A DNA stretch of 64,000 nt from Macrostomum lignano (Eukaryota): positions 108,074 through 172,073 of the forward strand of contig NIVC01002461.1 of NCBI GenBank assembly GCA_002269645.1, read 5' to 3'. Below the pieces are notes generated by a model. It did not search any database and had not been told where the DNA came from. It worked only from the letters and a program-made list of their open reading frames with translations. Position 1 is the stretch's first letter, and each line of letters begins with the position of its first letter. Positions 50,688-63,824 of this stretch are shown piece by piece. The position numbers and the translations under genes are program-made.

Positions 50688-50834
50688 CATCGCTAATTCA
50701 CGCACCTATGCACTTGGAGGACTTCCGGTTTGCAAACTCCGACCTCTAGCTCATTTCTGAGAAACTTAGAAAAGTGTAAAGCGTCCTTACTTCAGCTGTT
50801 CAGAGATATCTTTATTAAAGAGCGTTTTTAATTG

Positions 50835-51310
50835 CGCTTGGTTGATGTTGTTGTTGTTGTTGTTTTGCTTGTTCTTGGTTGTGATTGTTGTTGGTGTTGT
50901 TGTTGTTTTGTTGTTGTTGTTGTTATTGTTCCTATTGTTGTTTTGTTTGTTCTTGGTTGTGATTCTTGTTGGTGTTGTTGTTGTTTTGTTGTTGTTGTTG
51001 TTATTGTTCTGGTTGTTGTTGTTGCTGTTTTTGTCGTTGTGTTTGTTGTTGTTGGTATTGTTCTATAGTTGTGATTGTTGTTGGTGTTGTTTTTGTTCCT
51101 ATTGTCGTTGAGGTTGTTGTTTGGTTGTTGTTGTTGTGCATGTTGTGGTTTTTGCTGTTTGCAGGGACTACTTAAACTAACAAACTAACTAACTAACTAA
51201 GTAGTTTAAGTAGTCCCTGGCTATTTGATTGTTATTGTTGTGCCTTGTTGTTGTTGTTGTGCTTTTTGTTGTTGTTGTGGTCGTGGTTGTTGTTGCTGTT
51301 GTTGTTTTTG
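50835..51310. repeat. Imperfect (GTT)n microsatellite
   Basis: Long GTT/GTTT run. Confidence 0.9.
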
Positions 51311-51801
51311 CTCTTTCTCTATAAAAACAAATTTTCTGGCAATTTTCTAATTAAATATAGATACTTCAACGCTAAATTTTCATGCATTTAAAGGAAAAAA
51401 GTCCCAACGCTGATAACTTTTACATTTACAGAGCAGTTCATCTTTGCTGTTTTATTTCTGAAGTTACAGTTTATCTGCATTGACATTCTGCTGTCTCAAC
51501 TTCACAATTCCAACATAGGTACTAGCTGTTATTCGCACGTTTTGAAAAAAAAAATAAACCAGAATTTGATAAGAATCCAACCGAAGTTCTTGTGCGACGG
51601 TTCCGAAAAAAAATGCATCAAAGTTCAAAGTAAAGAATTGGATAGTTGTGTTTTTTGAAAAACCAAAAACAACATCCTGAGCATAGCGGAACTCAGCATA
51701 ACAGGACAAAAGCTTATCGTACAATATTGTTAGCTCGAAGCATCGTTACTGACTTGTTCATATTCGTTACAGAAACGGAGTGACACACGCACTTCTCGTC
51801 C

Positions 51802-52563
51802 TCAGATAAATGCGAAGTAGGGCGGCGGCGACCGTCTGGTCGGGTCAGAGCGTCCGGCAAACAGCGGCGGCGCGTTTCGCCGCATCGGGTGCGTGTCAAC
51901 CTCGGCGTTGTTCAAATTCTCCGGATTGTTCTTGTTGCCGTCCACCGTTTCGCCCGTGTACTCGGCGCCCAGCAGCAGCATGTCCAGCAGGCCGATCATA
52001 TTCAGCCGGCGTTGCAGCGGGAAGTTTCTACTGGGCAGCGCGACGCCCTGGTGCTCCCGTTTCGTGATCTTCCACGGCGGTACAATCTTCTTTAGAGTCT
52101 TCTTGTCAACCAGAGGCGCTCCCGGCGTGTAGAGGTCTTCCACCTCGCCGTACTTGTAGTGCATGATGCCATTGCGATGGAAGTTGAACACTAGGTCTTT
52201 GTTGTCGGGCACAAACTCGTTGCATTGGATTCGCGATTTGGCTGTGTCTTTGTACTCCTCAAGAACCGTATTGCCGGGTAGGAGGCCTTCTAGCAGACGC
52301 TTAGCCTGCACATGCTTAGCGTTGCTAGGTGCGATCACCTGGAGCAGTTGGAATTTCACCCAGGTACCGATGGCGCCCTTGCGAAACACGGCCCGAGTGT
52401 TGATGACAATCTGGCACTGGCACTTGGCCTCGACCATGTTGACGTTGGCCTGGTTGAGCAGCGGAGTGAGCATCTCCTGGCAGGCGAGCACCAGGTACTT
52501 GCGCAGGATTTTGCCGGCGCCAATGGAATTAAAGGAGACTGTGAAACCGCGGTAGCGAGACAT
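51802..52563 (-). CDS. Intronless 253-aa ORF of unknown function
   Basis: ATG-initiated, non-repetitive, GC-rich ORF with C/G-ending codons set in AT-richer flanks; no family recognised. Confidence 0.6.
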   Translation of the reverse strand: MSRYRGFTVSFNSIGAGKILRKYLVLACQEMLTPLLNQANVNMVEAKCQCQIVINTRAVFRKGAIGTWVKFQLLQVIAPSNAKHVQAKRLLEGLLPGNTVLEEYKDTAKSRIQCNEFVPDNKDLVFNFHRNGIMHYKYGEVEDLYTPGAPLVDKKTLKKIVPPWKITKREHQGVALPSRNFPLQRRLNMIGLLDMLLLGAEYTGETVDGNKNNPENLNNAEVDTHPMRRNAPPLFAGRSDPTRRSPPPYFAFI

Positions 52564-53235
52564 GTCTGCTGCTGTTGAACAGTTGGCTACAGAAATTGCT
52601 GATGAAGTCAGCCGGGCAGATCTTATACGAGTTTAGAGATGATTTTGCAGCAATTTACTTGTTGAATAGGTTCATTCTATCTGGATGAGTTTGAACCATA
52701 GACTATGGTCTATATATTTAATGTGTCTTAATGCTTTCGCCGACTTCAACACAACGTATAATACAAGTAATGCGGCCATTTCCACTTGGAAAAAACAGAG
52801 TCATGGGTCTCTAAGCTTTGACCTAAGTTTACTAACGGGGACTCATCTTTTCACAATATTTCACCAAGTGGAGCCTTGAAATCACGACGCAGTGCTAGCT
52901 CGTGCATTACATTGCCTATCTTGCAGTGACTCGGAACGCACGTTCGTCTTGCACACTTTAAAAAGAGGCACTAAAGCGGAAAACAACGACAATAACTACA
53001 ACAACAAAATACATTCTCAGCCAGTGTCAATGTCACAGACAATGTCTTAAAGCACATTTCAAGGCCGGGGCGCAAACGCCGGCATCAGCCAGCAGGCAGT
53101 CGACGAAACGTCAGCAGCGTCAGCAGCAGCACCTCCAGACCCGGCTGTGGGCAGTATAGGACTCGGCTCGGATGAAATGGCCTGCCAGCTGAGTCACCGA
53201 TGGCGCAACCATTCGCTGGGACGGGAGAGGGGATA

Positions 53236-54000
53236 TGTAGAGTGTTCTACCTCCCGTAAGAGAAGACATAAAAAGTGTTAATGTACTACTCACACATTTT
53301 ATTCAGTAGTATACTAAGTAGCATGTATAAAGATATGCACTGAACCATACATATATTTTAATCAACCAATCAAAAGAGAGAAAAGTCGGTCATGCTTTTT
53401 GGCAACCGACCAATCATGCGTAACATACAATTGTCAGTTCAAACCCCACCTGCGATTCATCATTTGGCTTGCACCCGGTTTGCACCCGGATGAACCAATC
53501 GAAGGCTACCAGCTACGGTAACCAATCATGCGCTTTTAAAGTAGACTAGTTGCGCAACTTTCTACCCTGTCATGCTTGACAGCCACCGAATCGTGACCCT
53601 TTGACATTTACGAAAAAGTGATGGACGACCTCGAGAGAAGTTCATTTGCCTATAAATACAAGTGGTCCGAAGTGGACCCGGAGCCAAGAAACCGGTCTCC
53701 GGAAGGAGAAGGAGCTCCGAAGAGGAAGCTTTAGCCAAGACTTCCTAGATCAACTCTAGACTCGGTCGAGTGACTTGCGGTAAGCCTTCCTTATTTGCGC
53801 CCGTTGTTGTTGAGTCGACTCACTTGTGATATAGTGTTAGAGTCTGTTGAGACTCTTGAGTCCATTTGAGACTCCATAGGTTGTAGTCGCCCGAAGGACT
53901 ACCCTAGTAGATCTTAGAAGATCTGCTAGAGAATACCGGAGCTAGACCTAGAGTACATAGAGGCACTGCTAGAAGAAGGAGGCAATTATATTGAACCGCA
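53236..54000 (+). mobile_element. Gypsy-like LTR (TG...CA, 765 bp) with upstream PPT and downstream PBS-like sequence
   Basis: GGGAGAGGGGA PPT at 53223-53233, then TGTAG; TATA-like CCTATAAATAC at ~53649; ends ...AACCGCA, followed by GT-TGGCGCAG. Confidence 0.65.
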
Positions 54001-54259
54001 GTTGGCGCAGGGTACCAATTGTAATTGGAAGCTTCCCATTGGTCCGAACGACAGATACCGGCCGGTGAGAAACAAAGAAGAAATCCGACCAGAGCAACAG
54101 AGTCTTCCGGAAGATAAACGAGACCTACGGATCCACTGAGAGACCTATTGCGAGAACTACTCTAGGAAAAGAACAGCCCACCCGGATTCAAGGTAATTGA
54201 GTACCTGCAGTTGACTTACTGGGTTGCCTAGCTACTGAGCTAGAAGTGATTGTTCCTTG

Positions 54260-54600
54260 ATTACAGAGAAAGTCTGGTAATAAGGAACACATCAGATAGA
54301 GTGCCGCATTGGTGACCGGCTCGTAGCCGATCTTGAAGTCGGCGCGCAGCAGGCCAGCGTGCGCCGCATCGACCTGCTGTTTCAGAGCGAATCCGTCAGC
54401 GTCCAGGTCTCGGCGTTGTACAACGTACAGGACGGTCTCGATCACCGCCTGGAACAACGCCGCCTTCTGGCGGGCAGGCAGGGCCTCGGACTGCAGGACA
54501 GCCCTCACGGAACGAAAGGCAGCCCAGGGGTAAGTCCACGGCGATGCGTCACAGATCCTGGCGAACGTCAGGCACCAGGACCGCCGAAGTAGACAAACTG
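54260..54600 (-). mobile_element. Decayed non-LTR (RTE-like) retrotransposon fragment, post-RT region
   Basis: KAALFQAVIETVLY / NAETWTLT / QVDAAHAGLLRA across frameshifts resembles the LLYGCETWTL...LDxFHxRCLRRIL region of RTE-type ORF2. Confidence 0.7.
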
Positions 54601-55234
54601 CTGATAGCGCGGAAGCCGATCGTCACCTGTCCGTCAGCGGAAAAACAAAATTATAAAATTATACTCGCGCAACTTCCTACAGAACATCTGCAGTAGAAAC
54701 ATTTCTCGTTGATATTTTAGTACAGAGGGTAAATTTAAAAAATAGTTAAAGCACAGACGACAGAGAATCTATCAGGCTTTGCGTTTAAAATATTTACTTT
54801 AAACTTCGGGCCCTGCGATTTCAGAATTTTGAATTGCCGCCTGCGTTTGAGTTCGCGCGTTTCAAACCGGAAATCTCGCCGAGTAAAACTCGTTGATTCT
54901 ACTGGGTCCTCAATTCCGGCGGGTAGATGAAGTCGTAGTCGAGCGGTCTTAAATTTGGCGCGGTTGTTGACACCGAATTCATTGTACTTCGATATTCTCT
55001 AATTGATACTACATGTATAAGTAGGGTAGTGCAAGTGCTGCCACCAGCGTATAGCATATTACGGACCGTTTGTTTTCAGAGCTTGCTTAAAGTTGAGAAT
55101 TGTTAGATTTACGCCCCGAAAGCAACGTATTCGAAGATTAGGCTAAGGCTTGTTAATCAATGAATAAAGGTTTAATAGGTTGAATATTGTATTATTGGAG
55201 TTAATTAACTATAAGTTCAGAGAAACCCAATACC

Positions 55235-56060
55235 TTACGCGAGGGCGATCCGGCAGAGCCACCGTGCGAAAAGGAGCTGATTAAAAGGAGAGTTTTTATT
55301 ATAGCTGCGCTTGTCAGTCGAAGGGAGACCAGCATTCGCACAGGACGGCTCGCGGGTAGCGGAGTAGTCTCTGAAGTCGGACAGCTTGTCGTGACCGTTC
55401 CACCTTCCGATAGTATTCTCCGGATCCTGGGGCTCTCCGCTGCCCCACAGGCTGGCGTCAACGGAGATGTTGCAGCCGACCCAGTACCAGCCGCCTGCTG
55501 GCTCCGGGCTGCCAGCCGGCTGGAGGCAGCCCAGCCAGAACGAGGTGCCGCCCGCCCGGCTGTCGTAGATCGAGTCCACGTGGCTCATCTCGGAGGCGTC
55601 CACCACGTCGGCCATGATCACCAGACCGCTCTCCGACTCGCACAGGCGTCTGCTCGGCCACCAGAGATCGGCGTTAAAGTGCAGCTTGTACTTCACTCCG
55701 CACAGGTCGTCTCCGTAGCCAGACGGACACAGCGCGCCCGCCTCGAGTCCCGGCTGCTGCTTCACAAACACGCGGCCTCTCCTGGAGCAGCCGCAGTCCC
55801 TCACCGACTTGCTGCACTTGTCGAACACGAACAGCTGACACGGACCGTCAGCCAGGCTGAACGCCTGACAGCGCCGGTTGCGGCTGCACAGAGCGGCACA
55901 GAAATACTTTGTCCCTGAGCCACCTGGAGTCTCAATGAAGTCGCTCCTGATTCACAGCTAGTAGCCGGTGATCAGGTTGTAGGCGTCTTGCATCGCAGCT
56001 GGAGCTTGCAGAGCCAGCAAGGATGATTGCCAGCTTGACTTGAACTCCGGAGTTCAGCAT
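55235..56060 (-). pseudogene. Secreted PAN/apple + C-type-lectin-domain pseudogene
   Basis: ATG at 56060 with a signal-like start, then a frameshift and in-frame stops at 55958-55960 and 55952-55954. Downstream: CAALCSRNRRCQAFSL...CQL (PAN-like) and LCPSGY...KYKLHF...SRRLCES...FWLG...WYW...WGSGEP (CTLD-like). No introns. Confidence 0.7.
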
Positions 56061-56449
56061 CTTGAAGTTCTTAGATTCTGTATAGTTTGTAGAGTGATTA
56101 TAGTACTTATAAGTACTTTGTAGTCGTTCGGGGGCAAGGCAAAGGGTGATATTCCCCTAACTGGCCATGCAGTGTTACATTAAAATATCGCTTGAGGATG
56201 GCCCATTGCTACGCATGGCTAACAGTAAAGACATTCAGCTTGCAACGCCCCATACAGTACAAACCCTTCCCTAACCACGAGGGTATAGCTGCTCTAATCC
56301 TGCTCATCATTAAAATTATGAATTCTGTCTTTCATCTCCATAAGTTGACCACACAGTACTGCTCCACACGTCCACTGCATGCGTTAGCGCGATGCTCTTT
56401 GAGTTATGAATCATACATATGCAATAGCCATTAATTTTGTGTCGTCGTC

Positions 56450-56548
56450 GGCTGGCAAACGTCGGCTGGCAAACGTCGGCTGGCAAACGTCGGCTGGCAA
56501 ACGTCGGCAGGCAAACGTACCGCTGGCAAACGTTCGGCAGGCAAAATT
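56450..56548. repeat. 14-bp tandem repeat (CGTCGGCTGGCAAA), ~6 copies
   Basis: Direct periodicity. Confidence 0.85.
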
Positions 56549-57650
56549 AGTCGTTATAAACGTTCGCTAGAAGAATTGGATTGGCGTGTGAATGTCTATG
56601 GTGAAACCCCGGCCATTCAGCAGCGCTATATATACGAGCGTATTTATGCGTTCGGGATTATCTAGAGCATACTAAACGGCGCAGTGGCAATATAAAAAAA
56701 TACATGTACATGTACGAGTACACGTTCCTTACCGGCCTCTCCAAACTTGTCTAAGCGAATAAGGAGTTCAATACAATTAGCATCTGAAGTGGAAAGAGAA
56801 AATTTTTTACCTCGATCGTATTTATATGAGAGCTACTGAATTTCTAAAGTGTATATGATCCTCTCCCCTCTGATAATTTTAGCGCATTTTGTCCATCTCA
56901 GGTACATGTAAGTGGCTTACATGTACTAAAGCAATCCAACGTCAGCGACAATATACATGTAATGTGCTTTTACATTACCAGTTACGTGTATACATCGACG
57001 AATAAGAAAATCATGACTAGTGATCCATAATATTACGAAGCAAACCATAATTATTCTGTGTGCGTGCATGGCCTCGAGGTAGCTCGTAATTGTGATCGAA
57101 AAACGCCGGTTCCACTCCAGATGCATAAAACTCATAATTGGTCTAGGAGGCTCGAGTGTACATGTAGTGGGCTATATTTTAAGTTCGAAAGGCAGTCACT
57201 GTTTACAAGTAGTTCGTTGCAAAGACTGCGCGCCATTTGTTTAATTAAGCACTGCATATGTACTACACACGTATACATGTGATGCATCATCGCGTATGGA
57301 TAATCATCAGAACCAGAGACAATAGTACAGTATCATTTAAGGGTCAAAGGAAGAGTTGGCAACGAAGGCTGCTAATTTACAGCAGCACACCTACAAAAAT
57401 AATTGGACGTTTAAATTGTGTTTATAGCTGAACAAATCGATAAATTCGAAGCTCAAGAAAGTGTTCATTAAAACAACTGCTACCACAAGCACGTTATGGA
57501 AACTCCTTAAATTAAAGAAGCGGTATCGCACAAATTAAATTAAGTTCTGTTGAATTGAATACAGTTTTACTTATTTGCAAACAAAAACTACGGGCAGCAA
57601 TTTAAATTAAAGAAATTAAATATTTAAACTCAATTAAAGCGAGCAGTATC

Positions 57651-59310
57651 ATGTATTGGTTTCCCGACAGACATTCAGACAGACATTCAGAAATCGTTCA
57701 TTAAATGTTTAACAAAATTGTCTATTTATTACGCAAGATGCTGTGAATTTATAGAAACTTTTACGCATGTCTCTGCTTTAAAAAGACACCTCAGACACAC
57801 ACAAAGACGCTTCACAAGCTGAGATATTCCCTAGCAACGGTTGCCTGAAGGCATGCTCATATCTAACTTGCATTTGGACACCGGCATGGAATGTACGTTA
57901 TACTTGTATTTGCCTTCTACCGATCTGAAGCACTTTACTTTAGGCAGATCTATCAGCAATATTAACACTGTACAGGAGGCAGTTTTTCTTTATGTACATT
58001 CGTTGTCATTTTGCCATGTACATTACGCAAGAGGCCTAACACAGAATATGCCTGCACCCTGTTTTGGTATATAATCTTTCTCACTAACAAGCTCATTTTG
58101 ACAATATGGATGAATTGTCTCTGCTGACTACAATATCTCTATCTTATATTGGCAAGAGTACAATAAGCACTAGCATATTTTGGTACTTAATTCATCTGAC
58201 AGTTTTTTTTCGGCATGAGGTTGTCAATATGCATTTTGGCTTTGTTCCTGGTCATCATCTCAATGAGTTTCCCTACCAAGGAAGAAGTAAGCATATAAGC
58301 ATATTTTTTGGCTTTGTGAGAGACTGACGTCTACGAATGGCTATATAGGCAAGGACCACTGTAGTGCGAGAAGAAGGACTCGGCACTCACGAACTACGGA
58401 AAAATTTTTGAAGGCTGATTTTCCGCAGGCTTCGTGTCTGACTACCAGTGCGCCATTTTTGTGCAACCACATAAATTTGTGCTTTATTCATGCTTATTGC
58501 TCTGCTCATTTTTGATGCATGTTGTGCACGTAATTACATGCATACATGTAATTTTTTCCATTAAATTTTTTTCAATAAATGGCTACAAGCACTAGACTTT
58601 CAAGATTTTCAAGTACGAGACACCTCGTGCAATATGCCATAATTGCCATAAATTAATTGCCATAATTGCTTACTGAGAACCTCTCATCACAATGTATCAC
58701 AGAAGAAATCAGCCGGCAGAAGTGAGCTGCAGAGATGCAAACTGATACAATATACAAAAAGCATTAGCCGTATCACTGCACTATCAGAGGACAGTAAAAA
58801 AATCTACGAATTTCTGGACAGTAAGGGCTGCGTGCAAGATGCAGGGGTGCAAGAGAGAACTTACTTTTGTAATGAAGGTAGAACCCCAATCGCAAGAACG
58901 CTGGAGTGGCACGTCATCGGACGAGGTGCTAGGGAATTTGCTAGGGAATATCTCAGCTTGTGAAGCGTCTTTGTGTGTGTCTGAGGTGTCTTTTTAAAGC
59001 AGAGACATGCGTAAAACAGCTGTGCAAATTTCATGCAGAAAGACCAAAGTGGGACGATGTAGCGGCTTCTCAAAAAACTACTATATACAGTATTCGGTAT
59101 ATTGGGAAACGTCGTAACAACAGTTGCTAGGGAATATCTCAGCTTGTGAAGCGTCTTTGTGTGTGTCTGAGGTGTCTTTTTAAAGCAGAGACATGCGTAA
59201 AAGTTTCTATAAATTCACAGCATCTTGCGTAATAAATAGACAATTTTGTTAAACATTTAATGAACAATTTCTGAATGTCTGTCTGAATGTCTGTCGGGAA
59301 ACCAATACAT
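57651..59310. mobile_element. 1.66-kb non-autonomous element with ~187-bp near-perfect terminal inverted repeats
   Basis: 57651-57837 is the reverse complement of ~59124-59310; an extra ~76-bp direct copy of the inner right arm lies at ~58939-59014; TSD unclear (possibly TA). Confidence 0.85.
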
Positions 59311-60394
59311 AGATGACCGGATTTTCAGTTCCACGTTCAGTTCCACGAAAATAAATAAACAAAAAATCAAATGCATACTACAGCGAGGAAAATCTTTTTA
59401 AAATTAAACTAAAAGCATTTTTGCAATATAACATCTGAGTAGACTTTACACCAAAAATATCTTTTCAATTGAACATCTGTGAGCTTCGTGGCACACCTCG
59501 AATGCTGAAATGGAGAGATTTCTTCCTGCTTTTTTTATCTGTTGTGGAGACGCATCGTTCGCCACAGCGGCAAAAAACACCTAAGCTTGTTTGGCAACGC
59601 TGGCGACCTCAGCCTCTTTTTCTCGTCTGTTGAAAGCACAGAAAGAGGTGGGTTCAAGCGTTGTCAGCATATTGAAGACCGAGATGCTGACTCTGTGTCT
59701 GCTGACGTATCAGCGGACCTGACATGCCACGACGCAGACGCACGCTGCGGCCAGCAGTGGTTCATCACATCAGCGGTCTGGTGCTCCATGTGGAGAGGAA
59801 AACCTTTCATATGAGGAGCCAGGCCCGAACCCATTGATCAATCCAAACTAGATGTACATGTATAGCTGTTCTACGTTTTCTCTATACACTACATGTACTT
59901 TTTGCAATCTGAACCGTATGTCATCACAGCCTTAAAAGGATCCCCTGATAAAAATCCGTCTGTATGATCCCGGAGTTCCCGATTTGTGCCCAAGCAGATT
60001 CCTATTATAGCTATTCGGCTGCATGCTGCTCGCCGCTAGCTCCAACCCTTGATACCCATCCCAGGCGGGGCTCCGGCCTCGCCAGGTCTGGTCATACCGT
60101 AGATCCAGGTTCGCCAGGTCACAGAGTGGTGGCAGCCAGTGGGTCATGCAATAACCCGATGATCAATATTTGCACCTTAGCTATCGATGGGGCACATTTG
60201 GGTCCTTACCGCGTCTCTAATATAGCACTACCAAAAATTGTTATCAATATGCATGGGCGGGACAATCTGAAGGGCGATCTGTCGGTCATAGTCTGGTCAT
60301 AGACGGCTGGCAGCCATCCATAGTCATACGATCTGATCCTTCCCCATGAGAAGACGGTTCACTAGTAGGGCGATTACATACATGTAAATCATCA

Positions 60395-60865
60395 TCAGTT
60401 CGACACTTCATCAGGAGTTCTGCATGGCGACACTTTGGCGCCGTTTCTCTTCGTGCTGCTGCCACTGGGTGCTTCGGACCGCAGTATCCTCGACTAACGA
60501 CGGCTTCCTGCGCTGCGCAGACGCATCGGTCGCCGCCACGGTGAAAAGCGCCTTATTATTATTTGCTTGGCTACGCCGACGAACTCGCTCTCCTGTCCTC
60601 GTCCGTTCAAGGTGGCATCCCGCCAGATCGACAGGTTGGTCAAGGTGGCATTGAGCGTCGGACTGGTTGTCAACACGCCAACCTGTTCAGGACGTCCTGT
60701 TGCTCACTCTGCAGGGCCCGCTCAGGCGGGTCAGGCCCAAACCCGTTGATACGTGGACTGCCTCCTACGTACGCGACGCCAGGGCGCCCCGACACTGCCA
60801 ACGGGGCGGACTTCGTCCGCTCTCAGGCTCTGCGGCGCGCCATCTGAAGCACCCTGCTCTGTGAC
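60395..60865 (+). mobile_element. Decayed, internally deleted RTE-like LINE reverse-transcriptase fragment
   Basis: SSGVLHGDTLAPFLFVLL and LGYADELALLSS...RQIDRL...VGLVVNT (RT motifs; YADD changed to YADE), with frameshifts. Confidence 0.8.
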
Positions 60866-61319
60866 TTTGATTGCTAGCTGCAGAATTTGTTGTTGTTGTT
60901 GCTGTTATGAGCTAAACTTTTACAGTGTAATATTTTTTATTCATTTAAGTAAAACAATTAGTTAAAACAAATTATACTTCATTTAGTCCCAGGTAATTTT
61001 TTTTCTAGTCTTAAGAGTAACTAAAAACTAAAACAAAGTTCATCTACGCGTAAATATTTCATACCATCATTATAGAGTGACAGTTTTGCTCAGCAAAAGA
61101 CATTTGAGCATGACTTTTATGCTTATATTTATTCTTATGAGATTAAATTTTCAAAGAAAGTGCAGATAAATTAAATATCTTTTTTAATTATATTATTATA
61201 ATACATGTAATTAAAATTAAAATTAAAATTATAATATGTAAAATATTATAATTTTATATTGAAATATAATATAATTATAAATTTATATTGAAGAGAGGGT
61301 GTGTAAGGAAACTTTCGTT

Positions 61320-61505
61320 CAGTAGTGCAACCAGAAATTTTATGAGGGGGCGGATTCTGGAGGGTAAAGTCCCGGGAGAGGGGTCGGAGGGGTGGCTCTG
61401 TTTTGGCGAAAATTCGCTTGGTCCCCCTCTGATTCTTTGATTTTTTGGGTCTCCGCGCGCTTATAAGGGGGCGACCGCCCCGCCCCCCACCTGGTTGCGC
61501 CACTG
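61320..61505. mobile_element. 186-bp hAT-like MITE
   Basis: TIR CAGTAGTGCAACCAG versus CAGTGGCGCAACCAG (13/15 match); TSD degraded. Confidence 0.6.
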
Positions 61506-63824
61506 CCTTTGCCTTAGGCATTCTCCAAGCAATTCGAAAGCAATGTGCTTATTGAATTTCGTATGCATAAGTTTCATATCGCGCTAAAATGACTGACGAA
61601 AAAATTACAATAAAATGTAAAACTATCATCAAAAAATAATATAATTTAAATATTTATTGCAATGGCAATGCTTTTTTTATTTGCTGTTTAAGTGCAATTG
61701 GAGCAGAAATGTTTTTACTTTGTTTATACACTAACTATTTAGAGCAATCCGGAGTGAATTAATTTAAATTTCGGAACTGAACGAGAACTAAAAATCCGGT
61801 CATAATACATAGCAGTATCAGCACTCTGAGAAAAGAAGTTCTCGAACATTCTTTATCTTAGCCCCATGCTTCTAAAGTATTAATTGAAGCGATTCAATTT
61901 TTAGGCAGCAAAGTTTCGTTTCATTTTTATTAAGTTTTAATCATAACAAACCATATTATTAGGTAATTTATTTGTTACCAATCGTCTCATTTTTAAGTTT
62001 AGCAAGGAAGACCGGCTCCGCTCAGTTCCAAAATGAGTTCAATTGCGTTTAGAATCATACGCCTTTTTAATGTGTTATTGCTTTTCATCTTCTGTTTGTA
62101 AGTACTTTGATTTTGTTTCGGATTTGTAGGCCTAGCTCTGAATTTGACACTAGACATAGGCCTAGGCCTACTGTCTTGTTTATTATCAATATAGTTATAG
62201 ATAGTAATTTCACAGGTTTATTAATATTAAAAGATTTTTGTTGTTAAACAAAATACTAGGCTCTTGTCTCAACTCTACTAGACTCACTTAGTTACAAATA
62301 TGAATATTAGGATGTTAGAACTCTAGCACACAAATTGAAATGTTTGCATTTAATTAAAATAAGGCAATAATATATTAAATGTGAATATGCGATTTTGCAA
62401 TTATAAAAGTTATAGGAAATTGTGACAAATTATGTTCTTATTTTACTAGGCCTATTTAAGTATAGGGTGCATCAGATAAATTGCAACATGTAATAAGTAA
62501 CTTTTATTATTTATTACAAAATTAGCTGTCAATGCTTTGTCTTCTCTTCACAAACTGGTTTTTTTTGCCAGAGACAAATTTCAAGGTGCGATTTTAAGGC
62601 TCAAGTGCAATTTCTCTTGAGTCTTATTTCAAACAACTGGGAATGTATATTTTAATATCTTATATAAGGCTATATAGGGTAAGATCTCATCAAACCGAAC
62701 ATGAAAGTGTCATTTTCGACATTCTCTCATAGATAGCAAAAAAAGTTTAATGTGTAATAAAATGAAACTACTCCGAAGTTGTTTAAAACATTTTTTTTTT
62801 CAAATGAATGTTCGCTTTACTTTATTGCACAAGTAGAAAAAAAGTTATTGATGATTTTATCTCAAAACCGAACGATGATTCTAGGGTATCTTCAAACCGA
62901 ACAGGGTATCTGACGTTCGGTTTTTGTGTTTGAACACTAATAACTTTTTTATTTCTCGTTCGTTTTTTCTAAAATATATATCATTGTAAAGATTAATTCA
63001 TACTCTTTCTAAAAAGTATAACTTTCGCTTAGATAAATGTAGAAAAATATTGTTTATCTGCATTTGAATAGAGTACCCCCCATTGAATAGAAAAATCGTG
63101 AATTTTTACCTTTTTTGCCATTTCTTTAAACTCTTTCATGCTAAATTGATAAAAAGCCATATTTTTCTACTTATTTTAGACAGTCAAATCGGAAAAGCAT
63201 TAAAGAATTTTTAAAAAACACAAGTTCTTTAAAGCAGAGCTGATACTTTTGCCCATTTCGAAATTCTTCTGAAGGACCTACTGTTTCAGCTTTCAACATA
63301 AGCATTTATTTTGGCATTATTACCTTGTTTTTGAAAGAAAAAAGTACCTCTAGTATACTTTTAACCTTTTTTATCATATAGTTAATATTTTTCAAAACTT
63401 AAGGAAGAAGAATAAAGTAAAAGTAAAAAATTGTAAAAAAACGATTTTTGCAAACAAGTTCTTGTATTTTATATTTTATTTTTTCTCATCATACTCGTAA
63501 ATTTTTACTTCAAAGTAGTCGCATGCAGATGTGAAGAAAAAATGCTGTGGATTCTTAAAATTTTCCAGAAAACCATCACCTCGTTCTCAGACTGCAATCA
63601 CTGCAACAAGGTGGACCGCCAAAAACCATAGGCTCATTGGCTTCATCTGTTTACCCCAGCCTTGTATACATGTAGATTTTTTTGCAAAGACAAGAAAGAA
63701 AAAGCTCGCAATAAATATTCAAAATCTACTTATCTACGCTCGTATATATAAAGTAAAAATTATACATGTATACGTACATGCAGATAGCCATCTGATAATA
63801 AACAGCATGAAGTCGACAGACAGG

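Noticed and set aside
50832-51175. Hydrophobic or Cys-rich ORFs
   Set aside because: They are translations of the (GTT)n microsatellite.
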